Assembly: GCA_041558415.1 (NCBI GenBank)
Contig: JBFFEY010000001.1
Coordinates: forward strand, 89,630-153,629
Source of the DNA: Burkholderiales bacterium
Lineage (GTDB): Bacteria; Pseudomonadota; Gammaproteobacteria; Burkholderiales; SG8-39
Direction: 5' to 3'
DNA length: 64,000 nt
The notes below the pieces were generated by a model that worked only from the letters and a program-made list of their open reading frames with translations, was not told the DNA's origin and made no database searches. The translations under genes were made by a program, and so were the position numbers. Below are positions 36,694-46,613 of this stretch, in pieces (the stretch's first letter is position 1; each line of letters opens with the position of its first letter).

Positions 36694-37319
36694 GAGCGTT
36701 GGATCGATCAGCACGAGACTCGCCGTCGCGCACACGACGCACCTGTGGCGGCGGGGCGCCTGGGCGATTCACTACAACGCGTCCATGTTGCGCTCACTCG
36801 TTGCGATACCGCTCCCGGACGCGCATCCTGACTGCCAGCGGGCACGACGAGGATCAGCGCATTCACGCCGAGCCCTGTCACATTCGCGCCGACCGCCGCG
36901 CGCAGGCGATGCCGTGAATGGGCTCCTGTCGCGGTGGCCTCGCCCACGGTCGTGGCGTAATGCTGCTCGACAAAACCCGGGCGCACCGCCAGACCGACGA
37001 CGGTGGCAAGCGCGGGGACCGGGCCAGTGAGACAGTCAGCTGGATGCCCGATGGCCGATGCTTCTGGGCGCGCCGCGCATTGCCCCGCACGGTGTCGAAG
37101 ACCCAAACGCCCGGCCGGAGTATGTGTTCGCGTGGGCGCGAGCCGTTCTTGCGCCGCGCGGCAGATGCTGCTGAACTGCCGCCGGTCCCATGGGTAACCG
37201 CCGAACCGAGACGCGATCGCCGGGCCCGAGTTGTTCTGGATCGATACTTCGTCATACCCTAACGCGACTCGCGATGCCGATCTGAGAGGAGTTCGGCACG
37301 GGACGGAGGAGACAGGTCG

Positions 37320-40145
37320 ATGGGAAGCCTGCGGATGCGGATAGCGATACTGGGACTTGCGCTTGCGGCGGCGCTCGCTGCGGCACCAGCCCATGCGGAG
37401 TGCGGTGGCTCCACGCAGTGCATCGCGATCGGACTGACGCCGGGCGACGCGGCGGTTGCGCACCACGGCGGACCGGCGCCAGCGACGCCGACCATGGCGT
37501 TCGGCAACCAGGTCACCGCGACGACCAGCGCGTCGCGGACGCTGTACGTCGCAGCGGTCCAGGGCGGTGTGGGAATGGCGACGCTCGGTCCGATCACGAT
37601 CACCGGAACGAACGCGGCGGAATTCACCGTCACCGGTGGCAGCTGCTCGACGACCAATGGGCCGGTGCACGGTGGGGCGAACTGTACGATTACGGTCGCA
37701 TTTGCGCCGACGAGCCTCGGCGCGAAGGATGCGACGCTGAACGTCCCGTTGAATCCGCCGCCCGGCTGCGGCGGCTGCATCACCGGCCGCACGGCGATGC
37801 TCACCGGAACCGGCGTCGATCCGCTGCCAGCGGCCTCGCCCGCAACGCTGACGACGGCGATAGGCACGCCGGCGACGCTCGATCTCGCGCCTTTCATCTC
37901 CGGCGCCAACCTGCTCGGGATCCGCATCACCGTGCCTCCGGGGAACGGCAGCGTGAGCGTGAGCGGCACGCGCGTGACCTACACGCCGAATGCCAATTAC
38001 GTCGGCAGCGATACGTTCTTCTACGAATCGTTCAACGCGATCACTGCGTCGGCGCCTGCTGCGGTGAGCGTGTCAGTGGGCAGTCGCGCCGACCCATCAG
38101 ACGATCCAAACGTCACTGGTCTGCTCGGCGCGCAGATCGCGACGGCGCGGCGCTTTTGGCGCGCGCAGATCTTCAATTTCCAGCGGCGCATGGAATCGCT
38201 CCACCGGAGTGCGCCGGCGCCTCGATCCGAGGATGGCGCGCGGCTCGCAAGTAATGCTGGGGTGGCGACGCAGCCGCCGACGATGACCGACGCGGGCAGC
38301 GGGATCGTCCCGACGTCGCTCCTGGCGCCGCTGTTGAGTGCGGCGAACACGCGCTCCCTCAGGCTGTCCAGCAGCGGCGACGGCGGCGACGGTGCGTCGC
38401 CACTGCCGCCGGGGACCGGGATCTGGATCGCAGGTAACGTCAGCTTCGGCAACCGCGATCAGGGGAGTGCGAGTGGTGGATCGCGCTTTAGCACCGACGG
38501 CATCAGTGTCGGCATCGACCGTCGTTTGAACTCGGCGCTCGCGCTCGGCGTCGGCCTCGGCTATGCGCGCGACGAGACCTCGATTGGGCTCGACGGAACG
38601 CGCAGCAAGGCGCGCGGCTGGTCGATCGCGGCCTACGGCAGCTACCAGCCCTTCGCCGATGCCTATGTCGATGGCCTGCTCGGCTACGGGGAGACGACCT
38701 ACGACAGCGTACGCTACGTTGCCGCGGCCAACGATTACGCTTCGGGCACGCGCAAGGGGCGGCAGCTCTTCGCCTCCCTCGCTGCGGGCTATGAGTTCCA
38801 TCGCAACGGCGTGCTGCTGTCACCCTATGCAAGACTCGACTACGCGAGCGATCGGCTCGGCGCGTTTACGGAAATCGGCGCCGGGCTGAATGCGCTGCGC
38901 TACTCGGGCCAGACGCTGCCGTCGCTGCAGCTTGGCGCGGGCGTGCGTGTCGAGTCGGTGCACGCGACGAACTTCGGTTGGGTGCGGCCGCGGCTACGTC
39001 TCGAATACCGGCACGACTTCGAGGGTGCGCGTGCAGCCACCGTGCGTTACGCCGACCAGTTCGCCGGCCCGACTTATTCCGTCACGCCGGCGGGACTGGA
39101 TCGCGATGCGCTCGTGCTCGGGATCGGCGGCGATTTCGTCTTGCGCCGTGGCTGGCAGCTGGGCATCGACTACCAGACCCAGTATCAATCGGGCCTCGAC
39201 AGCGCGCAAGCGATCCGCTTCTGGGTTGCGGCGGATCCGGAGGCGACCGCATCGCCACTCGGGTCGGTCGCATCGTCCACGCTGCTGGAAGATCCGGTGC
39301 GCGTCGAGGCGGGCTACGTTTTCGATGACAACGTCAACCGGGCGCGCAGCGCCGACCAGCTTTCGGATCACGTCTACAGCGCAAATGTGGCCAAAAGCAC
39401 GGTCATTCCGCTCACCGAGAATACACGCGCGATCCTGCGCGGCTTTGTCGGTGGCGAGAAGCTGCATAGGTTCTCGGGTCTCGATCACCTCACGGCCGGC
39501 GCGTACGGCGAATTCCAGTATCGCGCGTCGGGCGATATCGATGCACCGACTTTCGGCGTCTTCGGGCGCGCGGCCTACGAAGGTTACAGCTCTAGCCTAC
39601 GCGACGGGTTTCGCTACACGCTCGGCGTGAACGCGCGACAGGCAGTTACCGACCGTCTGGAGTTGTTCGGCGCGCTCGATGCCCGCTGGCGCAGCGCGCG
39701 CAATACGGTGTTCGATGGCACCGATTGGGGGGCGCGGCTCAATCTCGACGTTTCCTTCGACTGGGAGGGCACGCTTTACCTGGGCGGCGAGTATCGGCGC
39801 GGCGATGCCGTATCGAGCGGGCCACCGACGCAGGACAGCGCATCGATCGCGAAATCGCTGGTACCGGACGACGCCTATCCAGGCCGCCGATTGTTCGCAT
39901 ATCGCTTCGACGCGGAAACGGTTCTGTGGACCCTGGGCTACAACTGGCCGCTCGGGCCGCGCGACTCGATCGATTTCTCCTGGCGCAACGTTCGCTCGAC
40001 CGCGACGCAACAGCCGAGCGCGGCTCCCGGCGGAGTCTACGCGGGGCCGCCGAGCTACTATGGCGTCACGCTCGCGCCCGGCACGGGCGGTACGCAACGC
40101 TACCGCGTCAACCAGTTCTCACTCGTCTACTTGATGCGCTTCTAG
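37320..40145 (+). CDS. Autotransporter-like outer-membrane protein with Ig-like passenger repeats and an additional C-terminal barrel-like module
   Basis: ATG after GGAGGAG. Signal peptide MGSLRMRIAILGLALAAALAAAPAHA/EC. Passenger has Ig-like segments (TITGTNAAEFTVTGGSC...CTITVAFAPTSLGAKDATLNV; VSVSGTRVTYTPNANYVGSDTFFYES). Autotransporter beta-domain-like region (GIWIAGNVSFGN...AIRFW). A further roughly 300 aa ends in ...FSLVYLMRF. Confidence 0.75.
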   Translation: MGSLRMRIAILGLALAAALAAAPAHAECGGSTQCIAIGLTPGDAAVAHHGGPAPATPTMAFGNQVTATTSASRTLYVAAVQGGVGMATLGPITITGTNAAEFTVTGGSCSTTNGPVHGGANCTITVAFAPTSLGAKDATLNVPLNPPPGCGGCITGRTAMLTGTGVDPLPAASPATLTTAIGTPATLDLAPFISGANLLGIRITVPPGNGSVSVSGTRVTYTPNANYVGSDTFFYESFNAITASAPAAVSVSVGSRADPSDDPNVTGLLGAQIATARRFWRAQIFNFQRRMESLHRSAPAPRSEDGARLASNAGVATQPPTMTDAGSGIVPTSLLAPLLSAANTRSLRLSSSGDGGDGASPLPPGTGIWIAGNVSFGNRDQGSASGGSRFSTDGISVGIDRRLNSALALGVGLGYARDETSIGLDGTRSKARGWSIAAYGSYQPFADAYVDGLLGYGETTYDSVRYVAAANDYASGTRKGRQLFASLAAGYEFHRNGVLLSPYARLDYASDRLGAFTEIGAGLNALRYSGQTLPSLQLGAGVRVESVHATNFGWVRPRLRLEYRHDFEGARAATVRYADQFAGPTYSVTPAGLDRDALVLGIGGDFVLRRGWQLGIDYQTQYQSGLDSAQAIRFWVAADPEATASPLGSVASSTLLEDPVRVEAGYVFDDNVNRARSADQLSDHVYSANVAKSTVIPLTENTRAILRGFVGGEKLHRFSGLDHLTAGAYGEFQYRASGDIDAPTFGVFGRAAYEGYSSSLRDGFRYTLGVNARQAVTDRLELFGALDARWRSARNTVFDGTDWGARLNLDVSFDWEGTLYLGGEYRRGDAVSSGPPTQDSASIAKSLVPDDAYPGRRLFAYRFDAETVLWTLGYNWPLGPRDSIDFSWRNVRSTATQQPSAAPGGVYAGPPSYYGVTLAPGTGGTQRYRVNQFSLVYLMRF

Positions 40146-40151
40146 CGCGGC

Positions 40152-40889
40152 CTAATAGTCGCGTCGCGGACTGCCGTAGTCGCCGCGCGGGAACACGAAC
40201 GGCGGCGTGCGCCCGACCAGGCGCTCGATCAGCATCAGCTCCTGGTCGGTATGGTTGATGAACGGTGCGTCGCGAATTGCCTTTCCTTCGGCAGAAGACC
40301 CGAGGATGTACAGTGGCCGATCGTGGTGCGTGGATTGGACGGTCGTGCGGCTCTGCGGGTCCCGCTTCGCGGTGACGTCGATGACGCCGTAGCAGTTACA
40401 AAAGTAGGTCTGCGCGGGCTCCGATTCCGCGTACCAGCCGGTGCCGCGAATCCCGATGGTGGCCGTCGCAGTGATGACGCGCATCGTGGTATTGCGTGAA
40501 ACCGAAAGCAGCTTGCCGGTCAGCAGCCGCAGGCCGCGAATCAGTAGCGATGCCGACGCCTGCTTCGTACCCTCGATCTCAAGGCGACCCTGGTCGCGCA
40601 GGATCATTGCGTGGCCACCGACTACAAAAATGATCTCGCTTCGTTCCCCGGTCTCGACCGTGTCGCCCGGTCGTACTTTCGTTTGCAGCGTGGCCGCCGT
40701 GCCGTTGACTGTCACGGTTCCCGATAGCCTGTAAACCGACTGCCCGGGCGGCAGCCGCTCCAAGCGGTTGCCGAAGATGCCCTGCGCCAGACCGACGCGC
40801 GCGGGCATCGCGGTCGAGAACAGGCCGAGGGCGAGCGCCTCGACCAGCAGACGGCGCCTCGGATCTTCCAGTTTGTCGAATTGGCTCAT
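40152..40889 (-). CDS. FecR-domain protein with a Tat-type signal
   Basis: MSQFDKLEDPRRRLLVEALALGLFSTAMPARVGLA is a twin-arginine-like leader. The central block (GDTVETGERSEIIFVVGGHAMILRDQGRLEI) is typical of FecR/DUF4974-type beta-sandwich domains. Confidence 0.65.
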   Translation of the reverse strand: MSQFDKLEDPRRRLLVEALALGLFSTAMPARVGLAQGIFGNRLERLPPGQSVYRLSGTVTVNGTAATLQTKVRPGDTVETGERSEIIFVVGGHAMILRDQGRLEIEGTKQASASLLIRGLRLLTGKLLSVSRNTTMRVITATATIGIRGTGWYAESEPAQTYFCNCYGVIDVTAKRDPQSRTTVQSTHHDRPLYILGSSAEGKAIRDAPFINHTDQELMLIERLVGRTPPFVFPRGDYGSPRRDY

Positions 40890-41067
40890 GCCGACTTCCT
40901 GCTATCGCCTTCGGGCGTTCACGCGGCCGGGGCGCAGAGGCCGAAGGCGCAGCAGGCGCCTTGGACTTTAGCACAAACCTCTCGCGCCTCCGGTCTTTCG
41001 CGTGACGGGCCCGCGTCGTCGGCGCGGCCGCGTCAGGGCCTGCGATACACTGCGCGACGACCGAAAA

Positions 41068-42435
41068 ATGAAACCCGTCGGATTCGCTCGTCACTTGCTC
41101 GTTGGGATGGCGGTGCTGGCCGCGATCGGCAGCGGCTCCGCCGCGCAGGCCGCGCCGCCGCTCGTGGCGCTGCGCGACGGCATGCCGTCGCTCGCGCCGA
41201 TGCTCGCGCAGGTCACGCCGGCGGTGGTCAACATCGCTGTCATCCAGCGTCGGCCCGAGGCGCAGAACCCGCTGCTGCGCGATCCGTTCTTCCGCCGCTT
41301 CTTCGGCCTGCCGGACCAGGCGCGGCCGCAGATGTCGGCCGGCTCGGGCGTGATCATGGACGCGACGCAGGGTTACGTCCTCACCAACCATCACGTCATC
41401 AAGGATGCCAGCGAAGTGGTGGTGACGCTGAAAGACAACCGTCGCTTCGAGGCGCGCGTCGTCGGCTCGGATGCCGGGACCGACATCGCGCTGCTCAAGA
41501 TCGAGGCCGAGAACCTCGTCGCGGCCGCGCCCGCGGACTCGGACGCGCTGCAGGTGGGCGATTTCGTCGTCGCCATCGGCAACCCGTTCGGCATCGGCCA
41601 GACCGTCACCTCGGGCATCGTCTCGGCCCTCGGCCGCGCGGGACTGTCGAGCGAAGGCTACGAGGAGTTCATTCAGACCGACGCGCCCATCAACCCCGGC
41701 AATTCGGGCGGCGCGCTGGTCAACCTGAGGGGTGAGCTGGTTGGCATCAACACGGCGATCATCGGCCCGGCGGGCGGCAACGTCGGCATCGGCTTTGCGG
41801 TGCCGGTCAACATGGCGCGCGCGGTGATGCGCCAGCTGATCCGCTTTGGCGAGGTGCGTCGCGGCCGGCTCGGCATCAGCATGCAGGACCTCACGCCCGA
41901 ACGTGCACATGCGCTCGGGCTGAGCGCGAACCAGGGCGCGGTGATCGCCGAAGTACAGCCCGGTTCGCCCGCGGCGCGCGCCGGGCTGGGTGCCGGAGAC
42001 GTCGTCACGGCGGTGAACGGCCGCCCGGTCACCACCGCCTCGGGCCTGCGCGCCCGGCTCGGTGTCCTGCCGGTGGGCGAAACGGTCGAGCTGAGCGTGC
42101 GCCGCGAAGACGGTTCACGCACGATCCGCGCGCGCATCGGCGAGATCGAGTCGCGCCACGCGCGGGAGGGCCGCCGCATCCCGGAGCTCGAGGGCGCGAC
42201 CCTCGCTGCCGCGCGACGCGGTGGTCCCGGGAACAACGGCGGCGTGCTGGTGGTTTCGGTCGCGGCGGGCACGCCCGCCTTCGAGCACGGCCTGCGGCCG
42301 GGCGACCTGATCGTCGGCGTCAATCGGCGCCGCGTCGATTCAGTGGAGGCGCTGGCGCAGCGGCTGCGCGGCCGCGGGCCGATTGCGCTCAACGTGCTGC
42401 GCGGCGACTTCCTGCTGACCATCGTCATCGGCTGA
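41068..42435 (+). CDS. Periplasmic serine endoprotease, DegP/DegQ/MucD family
   Basis: ATG at 41068. Signal peptide. Catalytic triad contexts TNHHV, GTDIALLK and GNSGGAL. Two PDZ-like C-terminal segments. Confidence 0.9.
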   Translation: MKPVGFARHLLVGMAVLAAIGSGSAAQAAPPLVALRDGMPSLAPMLAQVTPAVVNIAVIQRRPEAQNPLLRDPFFRRFFGLPDQARPQMSAGSGVIMDATQGYVLTNHHVIKDASEVVVTLKDNRRFEARVVGSDAGTDIALLKIEAENLVAAAPADSDALQVGDFVVAIGNPFGIGQTVTSGIVSALGRAGLSSEGYEEFIQTDAPINPGNSGGALVNLRGELVGINTAIIGPAGGNVGIGFAVPVNMARAVMRQLIRFGEVRRGRLGISMQDLTPERAHALGLSANQGAVIAEVQPGSPAARAGLGAGDVVTAVNGRPVTTASGLRARLGVLPVGETVELSVRREDGSRTIRARIGEIESRHAREGRRIPELEGATLAAARRGGPGNNGGVLVVSVAAGTPAFEHGLRPGDLIVGVNRRRVDSVEALAQRLRGRGPIALNVLRGDFLLTIVIG

Positions 42436-42461
42436 GCGGGGCAGCGGCGCGCGACGGCCCG

Positions 42462-44576
42462 CTAGCTCTCGCTTACGCGCGCCAGTTTCTTGACGTCCGG
42501 CAGGCGGCGCAGCGCGCGCATGACGCGCGCCAGATGCTGGCGGTCGGACACCTCGAGTACGAAGTGCATGCTGGTGTAGACCGCGCGATCGTCTTCCATG
42601 CTGATCGAGTCGATGTTCGAGCTGGCCTCGGCAATTTCGGAGGCCACGCGGCCGAGCACGCCGCGCTGGTTGGCGACGGTCACGCGGATCTCTGCTTGGT
42701 AGAGCCGCGTTTTGTCGGGCGCCCATTCGACGTCGATCCACTGCTCGGGCTCGGTGCGACGCGAGCGCAACGCGACGCGGCAGGTCGCGGCGTGCACCAC
42801 TAGCCCGAGCCCCTTCTTGATCGAGCCGATGACCTGGTCCCCGGGAATCGCCCGGCAGCAGCGCGCCAGCTGCACCGCCATGCCCTCGGTGCCCCGGATC
42901 ATCACCACCGCGCCCGGCTTGGCTTCCGCCTGTCCCTCGGCATGCCGCAGCAGCCGCCGCGCAACCACGGCCGGCAGGCGCTTGCCGAGACCGATGTCGG
43001 CGAGCACGGACGCGCGCGATTCGGAGCCGCCGTCGCGCACCACGCGCTCCCAGCTCGCCTCGTCGATCTCCTCCAGTGCGGTGCCCAGCGCGCGCAGCGC
43101 GAGGTCGAGCAGCCGCTCGCCGAGGCGTACCGATTCCTCGTACTGCATCGTCTTGAGGAAGTGGCGGATGTTGGAGCGCGCCTTGCCGCTACGCACGAAC
43201 TGCAGCCAGGCCGGGTTGGGCTTGGCGTGGCTGGCGGTGATGATCTCGACGCGGTCGCCATTGCGCAGCTCGCTGCGCAGCGGCACCAGCTCGCCGTTCA
43301 CCTTCGCGGCGACGCAGCGATTGCCGATGTCGGTGTGCACCGCGTAGGCGAAATCGACCGCCGTCGCCCCGCGCGGCAGCGACAGGATCAACCCCTTGGG
43401 CGTGAAGACGTAGACCTCGTCCGGGAACAGGTCGACCTTGACGTGCTCGAGGAACTCGCGCGGATCGCCCGACTGGTTCTGGATCTCGAGCAGCGACTGC
43501 AGCCAACGGTGCGTCTGCCTCTGCACCGCGGACAGGGACTCCGCATCGTCCTTGTACATCCAGTGCGACGCCACCCCCGAATCGGCCAGCCGGTGCATCT
43601 CCTCGGTGCGGATCTGCACTTCCACCGGACCGCCGTAAGGGCCGAGCAGCGCGGTGTGCAGGGACTGGTAGCCGTTCGCCTTCGGGATGGCGATGTAGTC
43701 CTTGAACTTGCCCGGGATCGGCTTGTAGAGCGAATGCAGCGCGCCCAGCGCCACGTAGCAGGCGGGCACGTCCTTGACGATGACGCGCACGCCATGGATA
43801 TCGTGCACCTCGGAAAAAGAGAGGTGCTTCTCGATCATCTTGCGGTAGGTCGAGTAGACGTGCTTCTCGCGCCCGGTGACGCTCGCTTCGATGCCGCTCG
43901 CCACGAGCCGCGCCTTGATCGCCGACTCGATCTTGCTGATCGCTTCGCGCCGGTTGCCGCGCGCGGCGCGCGTCGCCTTGGCGAGGGTTGCGTAGCGCAG
44001 CGGGTACTGGTGCGAGAAGGCGAGCTCCTGCAGCTCGTGGTACAGCGCGTTCAGTCCGAGCCGGTTGGCGATGGGCGCGTAGATTTCCATGGTCTCGCGC
44101 GCGATGCGGCGGCGCTTGGCCGGCGGCACCGCGCCGAGGGTGCGCATGTTGTGCAGTCGGTCGGCGAGCTTGATGAGAATGACGCGCACGTCGCGCGCCA
44201 TCGCCAGCAGCATCTTGCGGAAATTTTCGGCCTGGGCCTCCTCGGCCGACTGCAGCTCGATGCGATCGAGCTTGGATACGCCGTCGACCAGCTCGGCCAC
44301 CGGCGGGCCGAAGGCGTCCGAGATCTCGTCCTTGGTGATGGCCGCATCCTCCAGCACGTCGTGCAGCAGGGCGGCGATCAAGGTCTGGCTGTCGAGACGC
44401 CACTCGGCCAGGATTTCGGCAACCGCCAGCGGGTGGGAGATATAGGGATCTCCGGACTGGCGTTTCTGGCCGGCGTGGGCGGCGTCCGAGAAGCGGTAGG
44501 CCTCGGCAAGGCGCTCGATGTCCTCGGGTGTCAGGTACCCGAAACGGGTCTCATCGAGCAGTGAAACAGCGGCCAT
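42462..44576 (-). CDS. spoT: Bifunctional (p)ppGpp synthetase/hydrolase SpoT/RelA-family
   Basis: HD hydrolase motif (YISHPLAVAEIL...HDVLED), RelA/SpoT synthetase domain, TGS and ACT regions. Downstream of rpoZ, as in the classical rpoZ-spoT arrangement. Confidence 0.9.
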   Translation of the reverse strand: MAAVSLLDETRFGYLTPEDIERLAEAYRFSDAAHAGQKRQSGDPYISHPLAVAEILAEWRLDSQTLIAALLHDVLEDAAITKDEISDAFGPPVAELVDGVSKLDRIELQSAEEAQAENFRKMLLAMARDVRVILIKLADRLHNMRTLGAVPPAKRRRIARETMEIYAPIANRLGLNALYHELQELAFSHQYPLRYATLAKATRAARGNRREAISKIESAIKARLVASGIEASVTGREKHVYSTYRKMIEKHLSFSEVHDIHGVRVIVKDVPACYVALGALHSLYKPIPGKFKDYIAIPKANGYQSLHTALLGPYGGPVEVQIRTEEMHRLADSGVASHWMYKDDAESLSAVQRQTHRWLQSLLEIQNQSGDPREFLEHVKVDLFPDEVYVFTPKGLILSLPRGATAVDFAYAVHTDIGNRCVAAKVNGELVPLRSELRNGDRVEIITASHAKPNPAWLQFVRSGKARSNIRHFLKTMQYEESVRLGERLLDLALRALGTALEEIDEASWERVVRDGGSESRASVLADIGLGKRLPAVVARRLLRHAEGQAEAKPGAVVMIRGTEGMAVQLARCCRAIPGDQVIGSIKKGLGLVVHAATCRVALRSRRTEPEQWIDVEWAPDKTRLYQAEIRVTVANQRGVLGRVASEIAEASSNIDSISMEDDRAVYTSMHFVLEVSDRQHLARVMRALRRLPDVKKLARVSES

Positions 44577-44660
44577 GGGGTGAGCGTACCCGAAGCCGCG
44601 CCCCCTGGGGGCGGTGCGCGGACCCGGCCCGAGGGCGGGTCCGCAAGGCAGGTCAGCGGC

Positions 44661-44906
44661 TTACAGCGGGCTGCTGGACGGCGCCGGGGCGGCGACGCCG
44701 GCGCTCGCGTTGCGCTTCAGGACCTCGGTGCCGACCTTGCCGGCCGCGATCTCGCGCAGCGCGATCACGGTGAACTTGTCCTTGTTCGGTTCAACCAGCG
44801 GCGAGGCGCCCGCGCCGAGCTGGCGCGCGCGGTAGGTCGCGGCAAGGGTGAGCTGAAAGCGGTTGCCGATGTTCTCGAGGGCGTCGTCTACGGTGATTCT
44901 GGCCAT
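44661..44906 (-). CDS. rpoZ: DNA-directed RNA polymerase omega subunit
   Basis: [30 protein letters not shown] is the canonical omega N-terminus. Confidence 0.93.
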   Translation of the reverse strand: MARITVDDALENIGNRFQLTLAATYRARQLGAGASPLVEPNKDKFTVIALREIAAGKVGTEVLKRNASAGVAAPAPSSSPL

Positions 44907-44963
44907 GTGTCGCGTTCCGGTTGGTGACCTGTGTTGAATGCGCTGCGCGCCCGGGGCACCGGG

Positions 44964-45566
44964 TCAGGCCCTGAACAGCCCGGGGTGCCGCGCGAGCTGT
45001 CGGGCAGTGCGGACACGCTCGGCGCGCAGGACGCCCAGCAGGTCGCGCCGGGCCGTCTCAAAAACGTCGTTGATTATAACGTAGTCGAATTCCGGCGCGT
45101 GGCTCAGCTCCTCGCGCGCGTTCGCCAGGCGGCGCTCGATGACCGCCTCGGCATCAAGCCCGCGCGTGCGCATGCGGCGCCCAAGTTCGTCGACCGAGGG
45201 TGGCAGGATGAAAATCCCCACGCTCGCGGGGTAGAGGCGGCGCACCTGCGCCGCCCCCTGCCAGTCGATCTCGAGCAGCAGGTCCTCGCCCCGCGCGAGG
45301 CTCTCGTCGATGATGCGCTGCGAGGTGCCGTAACGGTTACCGTGCACCTCGGCGCACTCGAGGAACTCGCCACGCTGCACCATCGCCTCGAAGGTTTGCG
45401 GGTCGACGAAGTGGTACTCGCGGCCGTTCTGCTCCCCCGCGCGCGGCGCGCGCGTGGTGTACGACACCGAAATCCGGATGGACCGTTCCTCTTCGAGCGC
45501 GGCGCGGATCAGAGAGCTCTTACCCGCGCCCGAGGGCGCCGTGACGACGTAGAGCAAGCCGTTCAT
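44964..45566 (-). CDS. gmk: Guanylate kinase
   Basis: P-loop APSGAGKSSL, YTTRAPR.GE.NG.EYHFV, and GNRYGT. Confidence 0.93.
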   Translation of the reverse strand: MNGLLYVVTAPSGAGKSSLIRAALEEERSIRISVSYTTRAPRAGEQNGREYHFVDPQTFEAMVQRGEFLECAEVHGNRYGTSQRIIDESLARGEDLLLEIDWQGAAQVRRLYPASVGIFILPPSVDELGRRMRTRGLDAEAVIERRLANAREELSHAPEFDYVIINDVFETARRDLLGVLRAERVRTARQLARHPGLFRA

Positions 45567-46429
45567 TCGATGTTCTGCACCTGTTCGCGCATCTGCTCGA
45601 CCAGCAGCTTGAGGGCGAGCGCGGCATCCGCGAGCCCCTGCGAGGCTGCCTTCGAGGCGAGCGTGTTGGCTTCGCGGTTGAGCTCCTGGGCGAGGAAGTC
45701 GAGCCGCTTGCCGGCAGGACCGCGCTGGCCGAGCACGCGCAGCACCTCGTCCAGGTGCGTGCCGAGCCGCGTCAGCTCCTCGTCGACGTCGACGCGCGTG
45801 CCGAACAGCGCCAGCTCGGTGCGCACGCGGTCGTCGTCGGCCGAGCCGAGCGCGTCACGCAGGCGCTGCGCGATTTTCTCCTGGTAGGCGGCGATCGCCT
45901 GCGGCACCAGCGGCGCCGCCTCGGTGACGCGCTCGTGCATCTCGGCGACGCGCGAACGGATCGCCTCGGCCAGCCTGGCGCCCTCGCGGGCGCGCGCCGC
46001 GACCAGCTCGTCGATGCCTTGCGCGGCCAGCTGCTCGATGCGCTCGCGCATTTCGCTCTCGCTCGGCGCGTCGTCGCTCATCACGCCTGGCCAGCGCAGG
46101 ATGTCGGCGACACGCAGCGGCGCGGCGTCGGGCACGGCTTTTTTGACTTCGCCGGCCAGGCGCGCGAGCTCGGCCAGCGCCTCTGCATTCAGCGCGCCGC
46201 GCGGCATGCCCGCCGTGCCGGGGGCGAACTGCAGCCGGCACTCGACCTTGCCGCGCGCGAGGCGCGCCGAGAGCACTTCGCGCAGCAGCGGCTCGTGGAT
46301 GCGCAACTCCTCGGCAATGCGGAACTGCAGGTCGAGAAAGCGCCCGTTCACCGAGCGCAGCTCGAGGCTAAGGCGTCCGCGCGGCGCGTCGACGGCGACG
46401 GCGGCATAGCCGGTCATGCTGTGAATCAT
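45563..46429 (-). CDS. yicC: YicC-family stress-induced protein (endoribonuclease YicC-like)
   Basis: MIHSMTGYA N-terminus and C-terminal EANTLASKA...VEQMREQVQNIE blocks typical of YicC. 288 aa. Confidence 0.88.
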   Translation of the reverse strand: MIHSMTGYAAVAVDAPRGRLSLELRSVNGRFLDLQFRIAEELRIHEPLLREVLSARLARGKVECRLQFAPGTAGMPRGALNAEALAELARLAGEVKKAVPDAAPLRVADILRWPGVMSDDAPSESEMRERIEQLAAQGIDELVAARAREGARLAEAIRSRVAEMHERVTEAAPLVPQAIAAYQEKIAQRLRDALGSADDDRVRTELALFGTRVDVDEELTRLGTHLDEVLRVLGQRGPAGKRLDFLAQELNREANTLASKAASQGLADAALALKLLVEQMREQVQNIE

Positions 46430-46613
46430 GGTGTGCGCGCGGGCCGAATCGGGTGCGATGCGCGGCGCTCATGGCGTCGAAGCGGCGCCCGCGCGATCGT
46501 TCGCTTCGAAGGAGCGCGTATCATAGGGCGATTATCGGCGCGAGCCAACCAGCTGCGCAGCGCTGCGTGCGCCGAAGCGTGGGTGGCCGCTGCGGAGCGT
46601 GATCGGTTACCGG

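Noticed and set aside
40890-41067. Possible sigma-E/AlgU-type promoter (GGACTT...) upstream of the DegP-family gene.
   Set aside because: Only the -35-like half (GGACTT at about 40962) is present. No TCNAA/TCTGA-type -10 lies at the required 16-17-nt spacing.
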